Shown here: piece after piece, positions 15,889 to 27,600 of the stretch
Position numbering within the stretch: the first letter of the stretch is position 1
How the letters are laid out: every line of letters begins with the position of its first letter
Assembly: GCA_051362555.1 (NCBI GenBank)
Contig: CM120642.1
Span: 27,900,001-27,964,000 of the forward strand
Source of the DNA: Lingula anatina
Lineage: Eukaryota > Animalia > Brachiopoda
Length of the DNA: 64,000 nucleotides
Direction of reading: 5' to 3'
The notes under the pieces: model-generated
Databases searched by the model: none
Told to the model about the DNA's origin: nothing
Seen by the model: only the letters and a program-made list of their open reading frames with translations
Translations under genes and position numbers: made by a program

Positions 15889-18800
15889 GAGTATTCACAT
15901 TTTGCAGTTTTACAATTACCTGTTCCACTTCCATGAGCTGTACAGCTTTGTTTCTCCGACTTCTAGCACTGCCAGTGCTTCCACTGTATGGTCTCATTGA
16001 TCCTGTCCTTGGGTCTATACGCAAGATACCTTGGGTGGCCAACTGCTTTTTAGCTCGTCCAAAAATCTATAACAAATGTAATCAAAAGTGATATTCTATC
16101 TGCAATGTAGTGATTTGCACCAATGACAGGCTATAAACTGAAAAAAATTCTCCTTACACTATATTAATACACAAAGGTTCTTTTGAAAAGAAATACAACT
16201 TTAAATATATGGTATAATTTTTTAAATGGAGGAAATTCCCAGGAATATTGTGCCTTAATAGAGATCACAGCTGAGATTACTCCTGTATGCATGTCAAAGC
16301 AATCATATGTTTACCATGGCACGTTTTAATTATAGCAGATAATAAAAAACAAAAAGACTGATATTTGGCTTACTTGCAGCCTTTCGAGACAAGTTGTACT
16401 TGATTTAAAAAATTTTGTTTTTTCCACAATAGCACAGTAAAAAAAAAAAAAACGTGATGGGCTTGTTTTGAGATTCCATGCCTGTTTGAAATGTAAGTGT
16501 TAGTACAAATGTTTCTACTTACAGGGGCAGAATGTAAAGTCTGTTTATTAGCCATGAACCAGCTGTGAACTTTTTGAAGGTCCTGTTTTTGCTGCTGGTG
16601 ACTCTCAATCCTAGGATAATAAAAATCAAAACAGTTACATAAATAACAATCCAAGATGAAGAAAAAAATCAATCAACAAATAAATTACTAGTAATTATTT
16701 CAAAGCTATTCGCTTACCCAAACTGGCTACATAAAAAAGAAACACATGGTATGGAATTCTTTATCCAGACTGTACAATTCTGTACATACTAATTTTACCA
16801 TCCAGCTATTGTGCTGTGTTTTTACCCATACTGGACAGCTCTTCTATATTACACATCATTACTATGGGCTCTTATGCATCTGACTGTAAAAGATCTGTTG
16901 AAATCAAATTCAGTCACTGGCAAACATCTCTAGAATTCAGAGAGTTTGTTCCATGCATTACTTCAGGTGTAATCACCACGATATCGATTGTAACACAAGT
17001 CACATAGGAAGGAAATTCCCTTTTAGAAAGTGTTTTAAGTAAATCATGTGTGAACTCAATAGTTGCATTAATGGATTTTGCACAATAAAGCATGGGACAA
17101 ACACCATGCTGAGATGGAAATTCAAAGTAGGTCCTCAAACAAGAGCCCACAGTACAGAAGTACCCAGAGGAAATGTCTAGCTGCTGAACCAGTTCACCGA
17201 CTTTGTATTTTGAGTGCAATAATTTTTGCAGTTGATCAATACCTTTTGACGCAGGAAAAGAAAGTTTTAAGCTCTCATAACTTGACATGTCTACTTCTGG
17301 GTTTGACTTAGGAATAACACAACATTAAACTTTATAATCCTTCATCAATTGTTATTGATGAATTTATCCAAAAGCAAGGCTATCAGAATCATTTTTAAAT
17401 CTGCTTTTCCATAACAAAATAAACAATAAAATAACCATTAATCAACCAGTTTTATTCATCATTTATTAATAAGTAAATTCTAGCTACTGGTTTCTCTCTC
17501 TCGTTTTTACTTCCATGCTACTTGCAGGCATTTTTACTATTAAGTACTTACATGCTAACTTCTCCCAGCATATGAACAAGAATATTGAAAAACTTTGTGT
17601 CTTGCTGATCATGTTCACTGAAATATAAAAAAAAAAACAATTAATCACTATCTTTACCACCAGTTCTCTTGTCCATTTATTGAAAATTAAGTTCCCAAGC
17701 AATGAAGATAAATAAATGCTTACAAAAACCAAGTGTGCCACTGCTGTTTATGCTGATTACTCATTTATTTGCTGAAATATCTATCATCTCCAAGATTTGT
17801 TTCTTGGTAACCTTCTCTATCTACAATCAAGAAATAATCTTGCCACAGTTTAAAGTGTCTTGCTTACATGAGATCCTTGGCTTTGCCAGTAAGGTGTGCC
17901 AGTCTGATGTCCCTGTGGTGATGTTCTATCATGCTGAACATATCCTTGAACTCTCGCACCTGCATCAACTGGAAGGAAAATAAAATACAATATTTAAAAT
18001 TTCAATATAAATTTTAGATTTGTTCAATAATCAAAACAAACACAATTTGTGTAGTGATAAAAATTCTTTCTTTTTTCAGTGACATTTCCTACCAAAAATA
18101 TTGCCATTTCTATCTGAATGCTAAATAAGGGTTGGATCTAATATTGTCCTCAAAAAATCAATGTAAAAAAAAAAAAAAAAAAAAAAAAAACAGTGGAGAA
18201 ACATGACAACCAGAAATAAACACAACAGCAAAAAATGGAACAAAAATACAAAAATAACCAAAAGCAAAGTTTCAGGATTTAGTATTACAGTCTTACCACT
18301 TATTCTAAAAATATCAAAATGTACTGATTATGATTATGGAAACAGAAAACTACTGCGTACTATACAGAGAAAAAAGGTGCAATAAAAAGCCATACAGTCC
18401 TACGCAAGGAATATCCCAACTTTGAATTGTAGGCAAATCATACCTAAAACAAATATTAAGTCAACTATATGTAGTTGTCCACTAAAATCAAAGAGTTTGA
18501 GACAAGCAGAAAAACTTGTATGATTCTCCAGGCACTGGCGTATACCAAGCATTGCAAGCACCAGTGCTGCTTAAAATTTCTCCATTGTATGCAAGCTGCC
18601 TTTATTATTTATAATGTTGACAGAGACGAAACCTAAGTAGCTTTCAAAAAACAGTCTTTCTTACTTCTTATAGAGAAGGGCATGTACTGTGACACAATGC
18701 TAATATTTTTCTTGCAAATGTAAACATTACTTGCATAAGTACCTTTTGAATCAATAAAAGTGATTATTTAAATTCTTTTATCCTGGAAGCATCAAATTTG

Positions 18801-19867
18801 CCATGACTGATGTAATCATCCATTAAATTAATATTCATTACTTGTAATATATATATCATGCTGCCCAGGGTCTCTACCATATCTTGTGACACTATAATCC
18901 AGTGTGCCCTACGTGAAAATGATATCGATGTTTTCATTCTAGATTCTACATCTGAAAGTTCATTTTTGTGAAATTTCAAAATGAATAAACAGATATATGT
19001 TATATTTTGCATACAGATTTTTGTCACTTTCAGAGGAATAAGTTTAAAAATAAAATTGTCACAGTAAGTAGCAGCACCCTGTTAATTTAATCTATTTCAA
19101 ATGAAGACAAGTGTTTTTTTCTTTGTTCAAGCTTGAGTTAAAGATCATCTTATGATACTTTAAATTGTTCTAAAAATGTTTTCAGAGCAAAAAAAAAAAA
19201 AAAAAAAGCTTCTGTTTTTTGAGGATTTTTTTATATGAATTTCATCAAAGATAAAGATTTAAATTAGCTAAATGTTTGATTTATTTTATTTTTATAAAAA
19301 TGAATTTTGTTTTTTAAATTTAAATCTTTCTATGAAACATTTTAATATTTTTTAATAATGTTACTAGTACATGTACAATAACCAATTCTCATTTTCATTT
19401 GTTTGAATACATGCTTTTTCAATAAATAAATTTAACAAAATTAAGAAACTTTCCTCTGTACAAGTAAAAAAACCCATGTGATAACAGATGTACATAAATC
19501 CAGTCACCATAAACAACATAAAAACAAATAGACAGGCTAATGTTTAAAAACATTCTGCTTTTTAAAATATACAAGGCAGCAATTTACACAGATATGAAAA
19601 TACCAGTATACCAGGTAAGTATCAGACTTGAAGGAGTCATGCGAAGCCCACTCAATCTTAAACTGCAGAGAGATTGAACTACAAGTTCACCTCTAAACCC
19701 TAGTCTTCTGAAATCCTTGACTTTTAGGTCCATCTCACCCGTCTAAATTCCATCAAAAAGAACATCATTACAATAATAAGGTGAAAACCTACCCGTGATC
19801 TTCTGAGAGACTTTATTCCCTTCTCCAAGAAGGCCACATTTTCTCGGTGGTTAGCGATAGTCGTCAT
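740..19867 (-). CDS. IQCM: Multi-exon IQ-motif protein, IQCM-like (long low-complexity N-terminus, three C-terminal IQ motifs); 3' end probably lies beyond the left edge of the window
   Basis: About 28 GT-AG exons that join in frame where checked, e.g. 19793-19867 (MTTIANHRENVAFLEKGIKSLRRSR), ~17868-17968, 17562-17618, ~16523-16610, ~15920-16066, ~11947-12163, 6962-6992, ~4905-5431, ~2305-2367, ~1894-1995, ~1538-1687, ~1109-1177, 740-860. IQ motifs IQRIFRGYVVRK, IQRAYRGHISRK, LQKMFRGWNVRR. The segment IGPHVEIYDTFHP before the last IQ motif resembles the IGPHIEIF segment I recall from vertebrate IQCM (memory, not a search). Confidence 0.65.
1428..1508 (-). repeat. Intronic degenerate copy of the 3' end of the adjacent exon plus a (TGTAT)n microsatellite
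   Basis: 1428-1469 cttgttgtcacctctgccttttccattctcatagctttcctt aligns with 1542-1583 cttgttgtctcctcggctttcaccattctcatagctgcctt; TGTAT repeats at ~1474-1508. Confidence 0.75.
8007..8322. mobile_element. Degenerate fold-back MITE, PIF/Harbinger-like ends
   Basis: Roughly 140-bp imperfect inverted arms: left gggaccattcagatcgtgaagaacc...gacctacatgaaaggaagac; right gtcttcctttcatgtaggtc...tcttcttgatctgaatggggcc. GGCCCCATTCA-type terminus; flanks TAT/TTG may be decayed TAA/TTA. Confidence 0.75.
8450..8722. mobile_element. Old MITE-like element with short terminal inverted repeats
   Basis: Left caggactcagtttcacaaa, right tttgtgaaactggcagggcct; AT-rich non-coding interior. Confidence 0.4.
9186..9217. 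repeat. (CT)n microsatellite
   Basis: ctctctctcttgctctctctctctctctctct seen directly. Confidence 0.85.
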
Positions 19868-20069
19868 TCTTTTCACTTGAAGTTGATCAAATAATATTTA
19901 GCTCAGCTGTTTTAACTTTTCCCCTTTTTCCGGTTGAAAACTTTTGTTGATATTAAACACTACTTCTTTCACAACTGGCACCATTTTGACGAACATATAC
20001 CGTTCCTAAAAATCCATATTGAAAAGCGTTCCTACATATTCTCCTTTAGGTTAATTCGTCGATAAACTT

Positions 20070-20400
20070 AAGGAAAACGACAGCGACTGTTGAAACGGCG
20101 ACCCCTCATGTCAGGGGTAATCCTAGAGAGGGGTGAGAAACGTCCATTGTTCTCGTCAGCGAGGCTGGCTTTTTTCAGGGTATGTACGCACAGACAGAAA
20201 ACTAAGTATTGTGGGAACGTTACTAATGAAGCCACTGGTAGTACTAGTAGATATCAGCCTGTAGTCTTGAACAAGCGCCTCGATGACGAGTGAACAGTTG
20301 TCAAAAACAAAAGACCCAGGTGTGGTAGTTCAACCACTGTTCATGCGTGCCGCATCGACCAAACCTAATTGCTCCTCAAGGTCACAAAACAATATCCGGT
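20070..20400 (-). ncRNA. Candidate structured small non-coding RNA of unknown family
   Basis: Predicted +1 at 20400 (31 nt from TATA start); helices 20343-20329/20305-20291 (15 bp, two G-U, one mismatch) and 20290-20277/20165-20152 (13 of 14 bp); further hairpins at 20079-20119; T4/T5 runs at 20312-20303. The 3' end is uncertain. Confidence 0.45.
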
Positions 20401-20425
20401 ACTGACGGCCAGGCTCGTCTTAATC

Positions 20426-20497
20426 ATATAAGTAGCGCGTTTCCACCCCCTGCTCATGTTTACAGTAGTCCGCCATATTTGCCCTAGATATGCAAAT
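20426..20497 (-). promoter_or_regulatory. Compact snRNA-type (type-3-like) promoter: octamer, PSE-like element, TATA
   Basis: Minus strand: ATTTGCAT (20497-20490), 21 nt, CTACTGTAAACATGAGCA (20468-20451), 19 nt, TTATAT (20431-20426). The order and the 21/19-nt spacing match the human H1 (RPPH1) promoter as I recall it; an ACTACA motif lies just upstream. Confidence 0.6.
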
Positions 20498-21646
20498 AGG
20501 ATGTAGTCATTGACGACCAACAAGTGCGTGATCACGTGACCGTAATTGGCTAAACGTGAACTACTACTACATGTCGTTAACCACTTAAAACGGCTTTACT
20601 TCTTTTCCATTTGTTTTTTTTTTCACATATATATCCTTGTGTTCTGTTATATACTGTAAGGCATTATTAAAAGACCTATGCTACAAATATGAATGCATCA
20701 TTGAAAAGCAAATATAAAGTTGCTGGGTTATCTAAATTTAAATCTCACTTTCAAATTAAACCAATTTTAAATTATAAATAAATAAAATTTATTTAAAATA
20801 ATGAAAAAATAACAGAAAATGAAAAAAATTAAACTCACTGTAATTTGCATTATAACACCTTTATCCTTTTATTCATGCAGTGATAAAATAAATAATTTAT
20901 CCATCAAAATTCAGCTACAGAAACCTGAACTATTTGTTGAATCAATCTAACAATCAACACATTAAAAATTCTGAATTGCATACACAATCAATCATTGGTC
21001 AATTGAGTATTTCAACAATAAATGTTGCTGAAAAGTTGTGTCCAATCTACAGGTTAAGATGGAGAAAAGTGTATTTAAAGTTAAACCTATGTATTCTCAA
21101 TAAATTAATGAAATTCATGTGTACTCAAAATAGTACCATGGGCTATGAATAGTGCAAGAATGACCTTAAAATGGTGCAACAAAAGGTGTCCTTTTGAGAA
21201 AAACGCCAATTGGAATTAACAAATAATCATACAAACACTCATGACCCTAACAAGTATTGACTTTCATAACCAGATGATGGAATTAACCACTATAGAATCT
21301 GGTTACGTCCTGAATTTTCTTTCTTTTACTATCCCACTCCCTGACTCTACTATAAATACTATACAACTCCAGTCATTCATCTCATGCAGTGTTGCCGCCT
21401 TTCTGGTTGCAGAGTCCTATTTTATCCTCAATTACAAAAGTGTTCTTCTGAAATCCATGTCAATGCAATATCAAAATAACATCATTGATGTCAGGCTGTC
21501 CAGGTGTCTGGCCAAGCAATACACACACGACTCCTGATATGCGACACAAATTATCATTGCGCTGTTACATCTTGTTAAGTTTTTTCATTGTTTTTTTTTC
21601 GCCACTGCTTTGCTTAATTCTCTCCTTCATATTACTGGGCCCTGCA

Positions 21647-24600
21647 TTATTCATTATTTTGTGTTGATTTGACACTTTTGTCTTTTTTCTTTGTCTGCTT
21701 TTTTCTTCTGTCACCTTTTTGAAGCTTTCTCATGGTAAATGTGATGCACTGTGAGTAAAGAAAAATTTAATTCTGAACAAACATACAAAAAAAAAGAAAC
21801 ACTAAAAGTAATGCCTTATAATATTCTAAATTCATCTGAAATGTGGCATCGATATCTATATGCAACCTTACATGAACCAAGAATCTAAATTGAAGGTATT
21901 TCAATTATCTTCATGGAAAATGTTACTGAACAAAAATAACATAAAAATATCTGACAAAAATTTCATAAACTTCCCTTTAATACTCAAGAATCTTATCAAA
22001 CAACACAATGAGCCTAAAAATAAAATCAATAAACTTTTGAATAATTTACCTTTTCGTCCAGAAATTCCATCAGTTTTTGCTGTCCACATCTGATACCTGC
22101 TGCATTGATGGCATCCTGTAAATCTCCCAGCTCAAGAGGCTAACATAAAATATGGAAGACGTTTTTTTTTTCTTAAATATCTTAAATTTGCTTTAGCATT
22201 TTTATATTTATTCAGCAGCATTTTGAATCTCACATACAATTTAATTTTCCTTGCAAAGTCAGAATCTGAAAGACATTTTTATAAATAAAACACATTTTCT
22301 TATACTTAGTTTTTTGTGAAAACACTCACTTACCTCATAGTGTAAAATCTTGGAGTGTAGTTGTTTATCAGACAGGATGAAACTCATTAGTTTGGAGTGA
22401 AGGTCTGCAGATGAAACCTGTATTCAAATAACCAAAAGCAGACATTAACTGGAGAGTGGGACTGACAGCTGTTATAATATGGGTCAGATGTTTGTCATCC
22501 AATCTAGATTTCATCTTCTCAAAGATCATGGAAACACTCCAGACATAGATACTGGTATTTTTCTTCAGTATAATAGAAAACTAAAAGCATTTTTCAAAAC
22601 AAATCTCTTGATATTCATGCTCAACCTCATTCTTCGATTTACAGGCAATATACTGGTAGGTCAACTGGTTGCATAAACCTCCACTTACCTGCTGAGAAGG
22701 TGATATATCTTCATCTTCTTCTGGCATAATAGTTTCTTCCAGCAAAGCTTCCTCCAATCTCTCTCTGAAGTAGTCATGTTTATATTAACCACCACGCACC
22801 AGTCAATTTAGATTTCCAATCTTTGAAAAATTTGACAATCCAAATTCATGCATTTTTTGAAAAATAAATGGAATGTTATTGTAAAATTAGCAAAAACTCC
22901 AACTGATAAAATTAATTTTTATATTCTTTATAATTCACAGTTCGAAATTTATCAACATTTTTCATTTTCATAATATTCAGACAAATTTAATTCTGAAACA
23001 TGTAACTTTTCACAACTGTCACAACATGTCAACATGTAGAAAATAAGATGATCAAATTATTTTCAAGTCTTAAAATGATCACATTTCTTTAATATCACAC
23101 TAATGAGAACCAACAAAATGGCCCTTACTCTTCACTTTCCTCCTGTGTGCTAAAACTCTCTTCTTCCTCACTGGAGATTTCATGTGCCTTGGTCCTACTC
23201 TCAGAAACAACAGACTTTGCTCTAGTAGCACTTATCTGGGTTTGTCTTGAAAGAGTGCCATCTGGGGAGGAATTTACTTCAACTTTATTTGTGCTTTTCT
23301 TAGGTGCTGCCACCTTTCTTTCAGTCCCAGATACAGAAGCTGCCAACTGTTTGGTTTTTCTTGGACCCCTTGGTCCCCTCTTTATCCCTTTAGGCTCTTT
23401 GGTGGCATCTATGTTTGGTAGGCCATCACTGGTATCACCACTATCAGGTCCAACAGCCTTTGCAGGAATACCTACGTCATCTGATTTTTCGTTGTGGAAG
23501 CTCATTTCACAGTCTGTGTCAGTTTCATCTGCAAATAGATGGAGCACACTTTCTGAATATATTTATTAAAAAGAATATTACAAAATCTTGTTGTTCTAGT
23601 TATTACTCATAATTCTACACAAAACTCTCTCAGAGGTTTCTTGTATATTAAATTCACAAACGCTTCAAGTCAGACACATATCAGTATGAACTCTAATAAT
23701 ACACATTACAATAATATATAGTCTGAATATCAAGACAATTTAATTCTTCTGGTACTAACATTGGTGAGTTTCCTTGTATATATGGGTTAGAAGGGTTCTC
23801 ATACGTTTCTTTGCCATGTTTGGTCGTACCCCATATTTTTGCACTGCTCTCTAAAAAGAAAAAAATAGGAACAACTTTGAAACTTTAAAAAATAAAAAAA
23901 ATCATGATATAATTCAAATGTTGAAAGGTATGAAAAAAAACCCTTTAAATTCAGTCTGCAGATTTTTCACTGAAACTGCATAGAAACCATGTTATAATCT
24001 TATTGTTTCCATAATAATTACAATAAATTTTTACTACCTTTAATTCTGGTGTGACCATGTCATCATAATTAGGCATAGGAGTAAAGGGAGATGGCACAGT
24101 TGGTCGCTTGAGTTTCTTCTGAAACACGGGTGTGCTGGTTTCCTTTAACCAGAGAAATTATCATAAGAATTTTAAGTGAGAATGAAATAAAAAATACTTC
24201 ATATATGGCTTGCTAAAATATGTATTAAAGTGATTGTTTGTTACAGAAAGTTCACTGAAAATACCTTTACACTATTTAAGTATATCCAAAGTTCATGGAA
24301 ACTGAACGTTCACATTGAAAAGACATTTCGTTAAGTGAACTAGAATTTGTTATGGTCTGATGCTAACATCTAAAATAAATCTGCATTTAAACAAGTTACA
24401 ACACTAACTTTCTTAGGATCAGCATTTTGCTTTGCCAGATCTAGAAGTGGTTCATTTTCTTCACTCCAAATAAAACTATCAAGACCAAGCTCTTCAAGTT
24501 CTTCTTTAGGAAGCTTCTCTGGAGCCGTTTCTGCAAGTGGTACCACCTGCTGTTTCTTGGGCTGAGATGTCTGCTGTACAGTATCCTAATAGCAAACAAA

Positions 24601-27600
24601 TTGACACATTTACTAGTAACTCATGACACATAAAACACAATTGTTATCCCAATAACAATCACTGCATGGAAACATTATACAATCTGGAAAATTTTGCATA
24701 AAAAATTCTGCACTTTGCACATATCTGCAAAGAAATTATACTTCAGATTAAAATTTTCATGTTCAAATTATTGAATTATCTTCTTCTTCAAAAATCAAAT
24801 CAAAACCTTACCAATTCTTCATCAGTTTCTATAAAAGTGGGTGGGCTCAAATAGCCACCATCTCCATCATCATCATCTTCATCCACATCTCCTCCACTTT
24901 GATCTCTGTTCTTTGTGTGTCTCTCCTGTTCTTGTCTCACATATCCAACAAGCTCGCTACCACCAAGCTGTTGACTGGGGGATACTGGGAAGTCTACAAA
25001 GCCACCACCATCATCAAAGTCGTCCCACACCCCAGGGTCTGGGTTGTCTAGGCTCAGGTTCACTAAAATACAAAATGTGTTAACATCTTCTAAACATGGG
25101 ATTACTGATGTCCTGCCTACTCTTTTTAATTGGTCAAGTTATTCACTGCTATAAATCTTAATATTTGTATAAAAATTGCATGATTGTCTTTGATCTCTCA
25201 TTTAAACAATCATAAATCATCCTACTAGGGTACAGTACTGGGTAAGAATAAACAACACCTTATATTACCTCTTAAATTTATTTTAAAAATACTTCACTTA
25301 AAACAAATAATTAAGTAGAAGTTGTTCAGAATGTTAAAATTTCTAGACAAAAGGATCTCACAGTAATGAAAGGTACACCAACCTGACTCCACCACTTCAG
25401 CTCCATCACTATCATGAACACTGTCCACTTTCCTTTTCTTGTTTCCATCCCCATCATCCAAACTGTCATTGTTCACATCAACTTCCTCTATACTCTCATC
25501 ACTGGAATAACTGCGCTTTCTCTTCTGTGAACCAAGAGACGAGTTTCGCTTAAAAACAGGAGAGATATTGGGGCTGTCAAAAGGGGTTATTGTAAGACTC
25601 TCTGGTGATGTACTCTTTGAAGGGGACATATTATGGGGTACTGGAATTTGCCCATATCTGCCACTAGAGGGTGCTGAAAGACTGGGCTGTGTCTTGTCTT
25701 GAAGAGGAGGTTGAGAACCAACATGAATTGGGGGCGCTGCACCTGGACTGTCATTATCCTTCACAAAGCTTTCCTCAACAAACTCCACCTCATCATTAGA
25801 ATCTGACTCATTATCAGTACCATTCTTGGTTGGAATTTGAGATCTTGTTTTCTCTTCGTCCTCCCTGTGCCCAATTCCAAAAGAAAAATGATTACCTGCA
25901 TTGCTCTCCTTCTTTAATGCATCTCCCATTTCTGACGTGCCAAAAGTGGGTGAAAGTGGGGGTGTAGGTGGAGAAGAGGGTGGGGTAGAGTCCTTATGTT
26001 GGCTTTCTATGGGTGATGCCAAAGTGTATGAACTCTTTCTCAGATCACCAGAGGGAGACATGACCACAGGAGACAAAGACTGGTCATTGACAACATTTAC
26101 AGCCAATTTCTCATTATTTTTCCCAGTGGGAGAGTGAGATGAAAAATCAAGTTTCATTCGGCTTGGAGAAAACTGCAATGTCGATTTAGATGTCCAGTCT
26201 TCTTTTCTTGTTTTTACATTTTTTTGTGTACCACTTGGAAGACTATTGTTTATGACAGATTTAGCATCTCTGAGGTTCTTTGGACAAGAACTTCTGGCTT
26301 TTGTAGAGCTCTTCACACTGTACACAGCTGTGATGGGTCCAACCTTCCTCAATGGAGAACACTTAATGTCTTGAACTACGGGGTTCCTTTCATACTCCTT
26401 GTTAACAGGTGACGCTAAAACCTTATCAGAGCATGGGTCATTTTTTACCTTGGTCAGAGTGTGGCCATTCTGAGGTGTCAATTGAGTGTCGGCAAACATA
26501 TCAGGAGTGCTGAATAAGGAGCAGCTGGACGCTGCACTGGCCCTTCTTGTGGTCAGCGGGGTATGACTTTCAGTTTGGTCTCTATCATACATACTGTCTC
26601 TTGATGGTTTTGCTGATGGAGAATTGTCTTTCTTTGATGAGGATCTTATTTCTTTGTCAATTTTGGCATCTCCACAATTCAACTCTTTTAAATCTCCATT
26701 CTTTAAAATGTTATCAAAAGAATCTTCATCATCAGAATGCACATCAATTATGTCGTCTAGATTTTCAGAGGTTAATCTATCTTTATCAACAGGTGAGATA
26801 AGTTTATTTCCATGTTTACGCAATTTCTGAGAACACTGTAAGTCTTTCTGAAAGAGTGTTCTTTGAGATTTAAGGATTTTTCCAGGGCTAGTCACAGAGG
26901 AGGTCCTTTTTACATTGGAATTGGCATGTGATTGATCTGCTCTCCTCATGCTGTCCATGTCGGATAGATTTTTTCTAGTAGGACTGGTTAAGGAGTTCAA
27001 CGACTTTCTTGGACTGCCAAAAGAGACAAATGGCAATTGATTTTTTGTCTTCTTTGGAGACGGTGATGTCTTTGGAAAATCCGGTTCAACTACTAACATG
27101 CCTTCATTGGTAATGACCCCATCATCTCCACTGTCTGAATCTAAAATTTCAACATCTACTTTCTGCTTTTCGTGTTCATCTTTTTCATTATCCCAGGAGC
27201 CTAAAATCATGTCATAATCAAAGCTATTTTCCCTAATATCCTGAAGAGCATTGTTTTCAATATCACAGCCTGAATGTTTATTATCAGTTAAAACACTTTC
27301 AGTCCTTTCCTCTTTACTGTGATTTTCAGAGTCTTCATCCATTCTATTTGTTAAGACAAAATCTTCCGCCTGTCCTTTCTTCTGCAGACTCTGGGAGTCT
27401 AAAACACTGTCAATTGAGTCACGTCCAGAATCTGAATTCACATCATAATTCAAAAAGGATAACTGTTTTTTCTCTTGCTCTTCAATGGGCAACAGATCTC
27501 CATTATAAGAGGATGTGCCATGTGTTGTGTTGATTTTTGATAGTACTTCCTCATCAGTCAAACCCACAAATGTGTCATGAGACCTTGGACTGGTTGTTGA

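Noticed and set aside
18480-19030. Possible decayed transposase or nested ORF in intron 1 of the IQ gene
   Set aside because: Only vague peptide resemblance and multiple stops; no termini found.
20376-20384. TGACCTTGA near the 5' end of the candidate RNA as a 1.5-repeat telomerase template (TCAAGG), with U-rich and A-rich tracts suggesting a pseudoknot
   Set aside because: No CTAACCCT-type template for the expected TTAGGG, no clear P6.1 or H/ACA domain, and TCAAGGTCA is also the standard NR5A/ERR DNA site. Revisit only if the assembly telomeres are not TTAGGG.
20309-20400. tRNA-Sec, vault RNA or MALAT1-type triple helix plus tRNA-like structure
   Set aside because: GTGGTTGAACTACCAC resembles a T arm but lacks the TTC of box B; there is no TCA anticodon arm, no proper acceptor stem and no paired U-rich ENE motifs.
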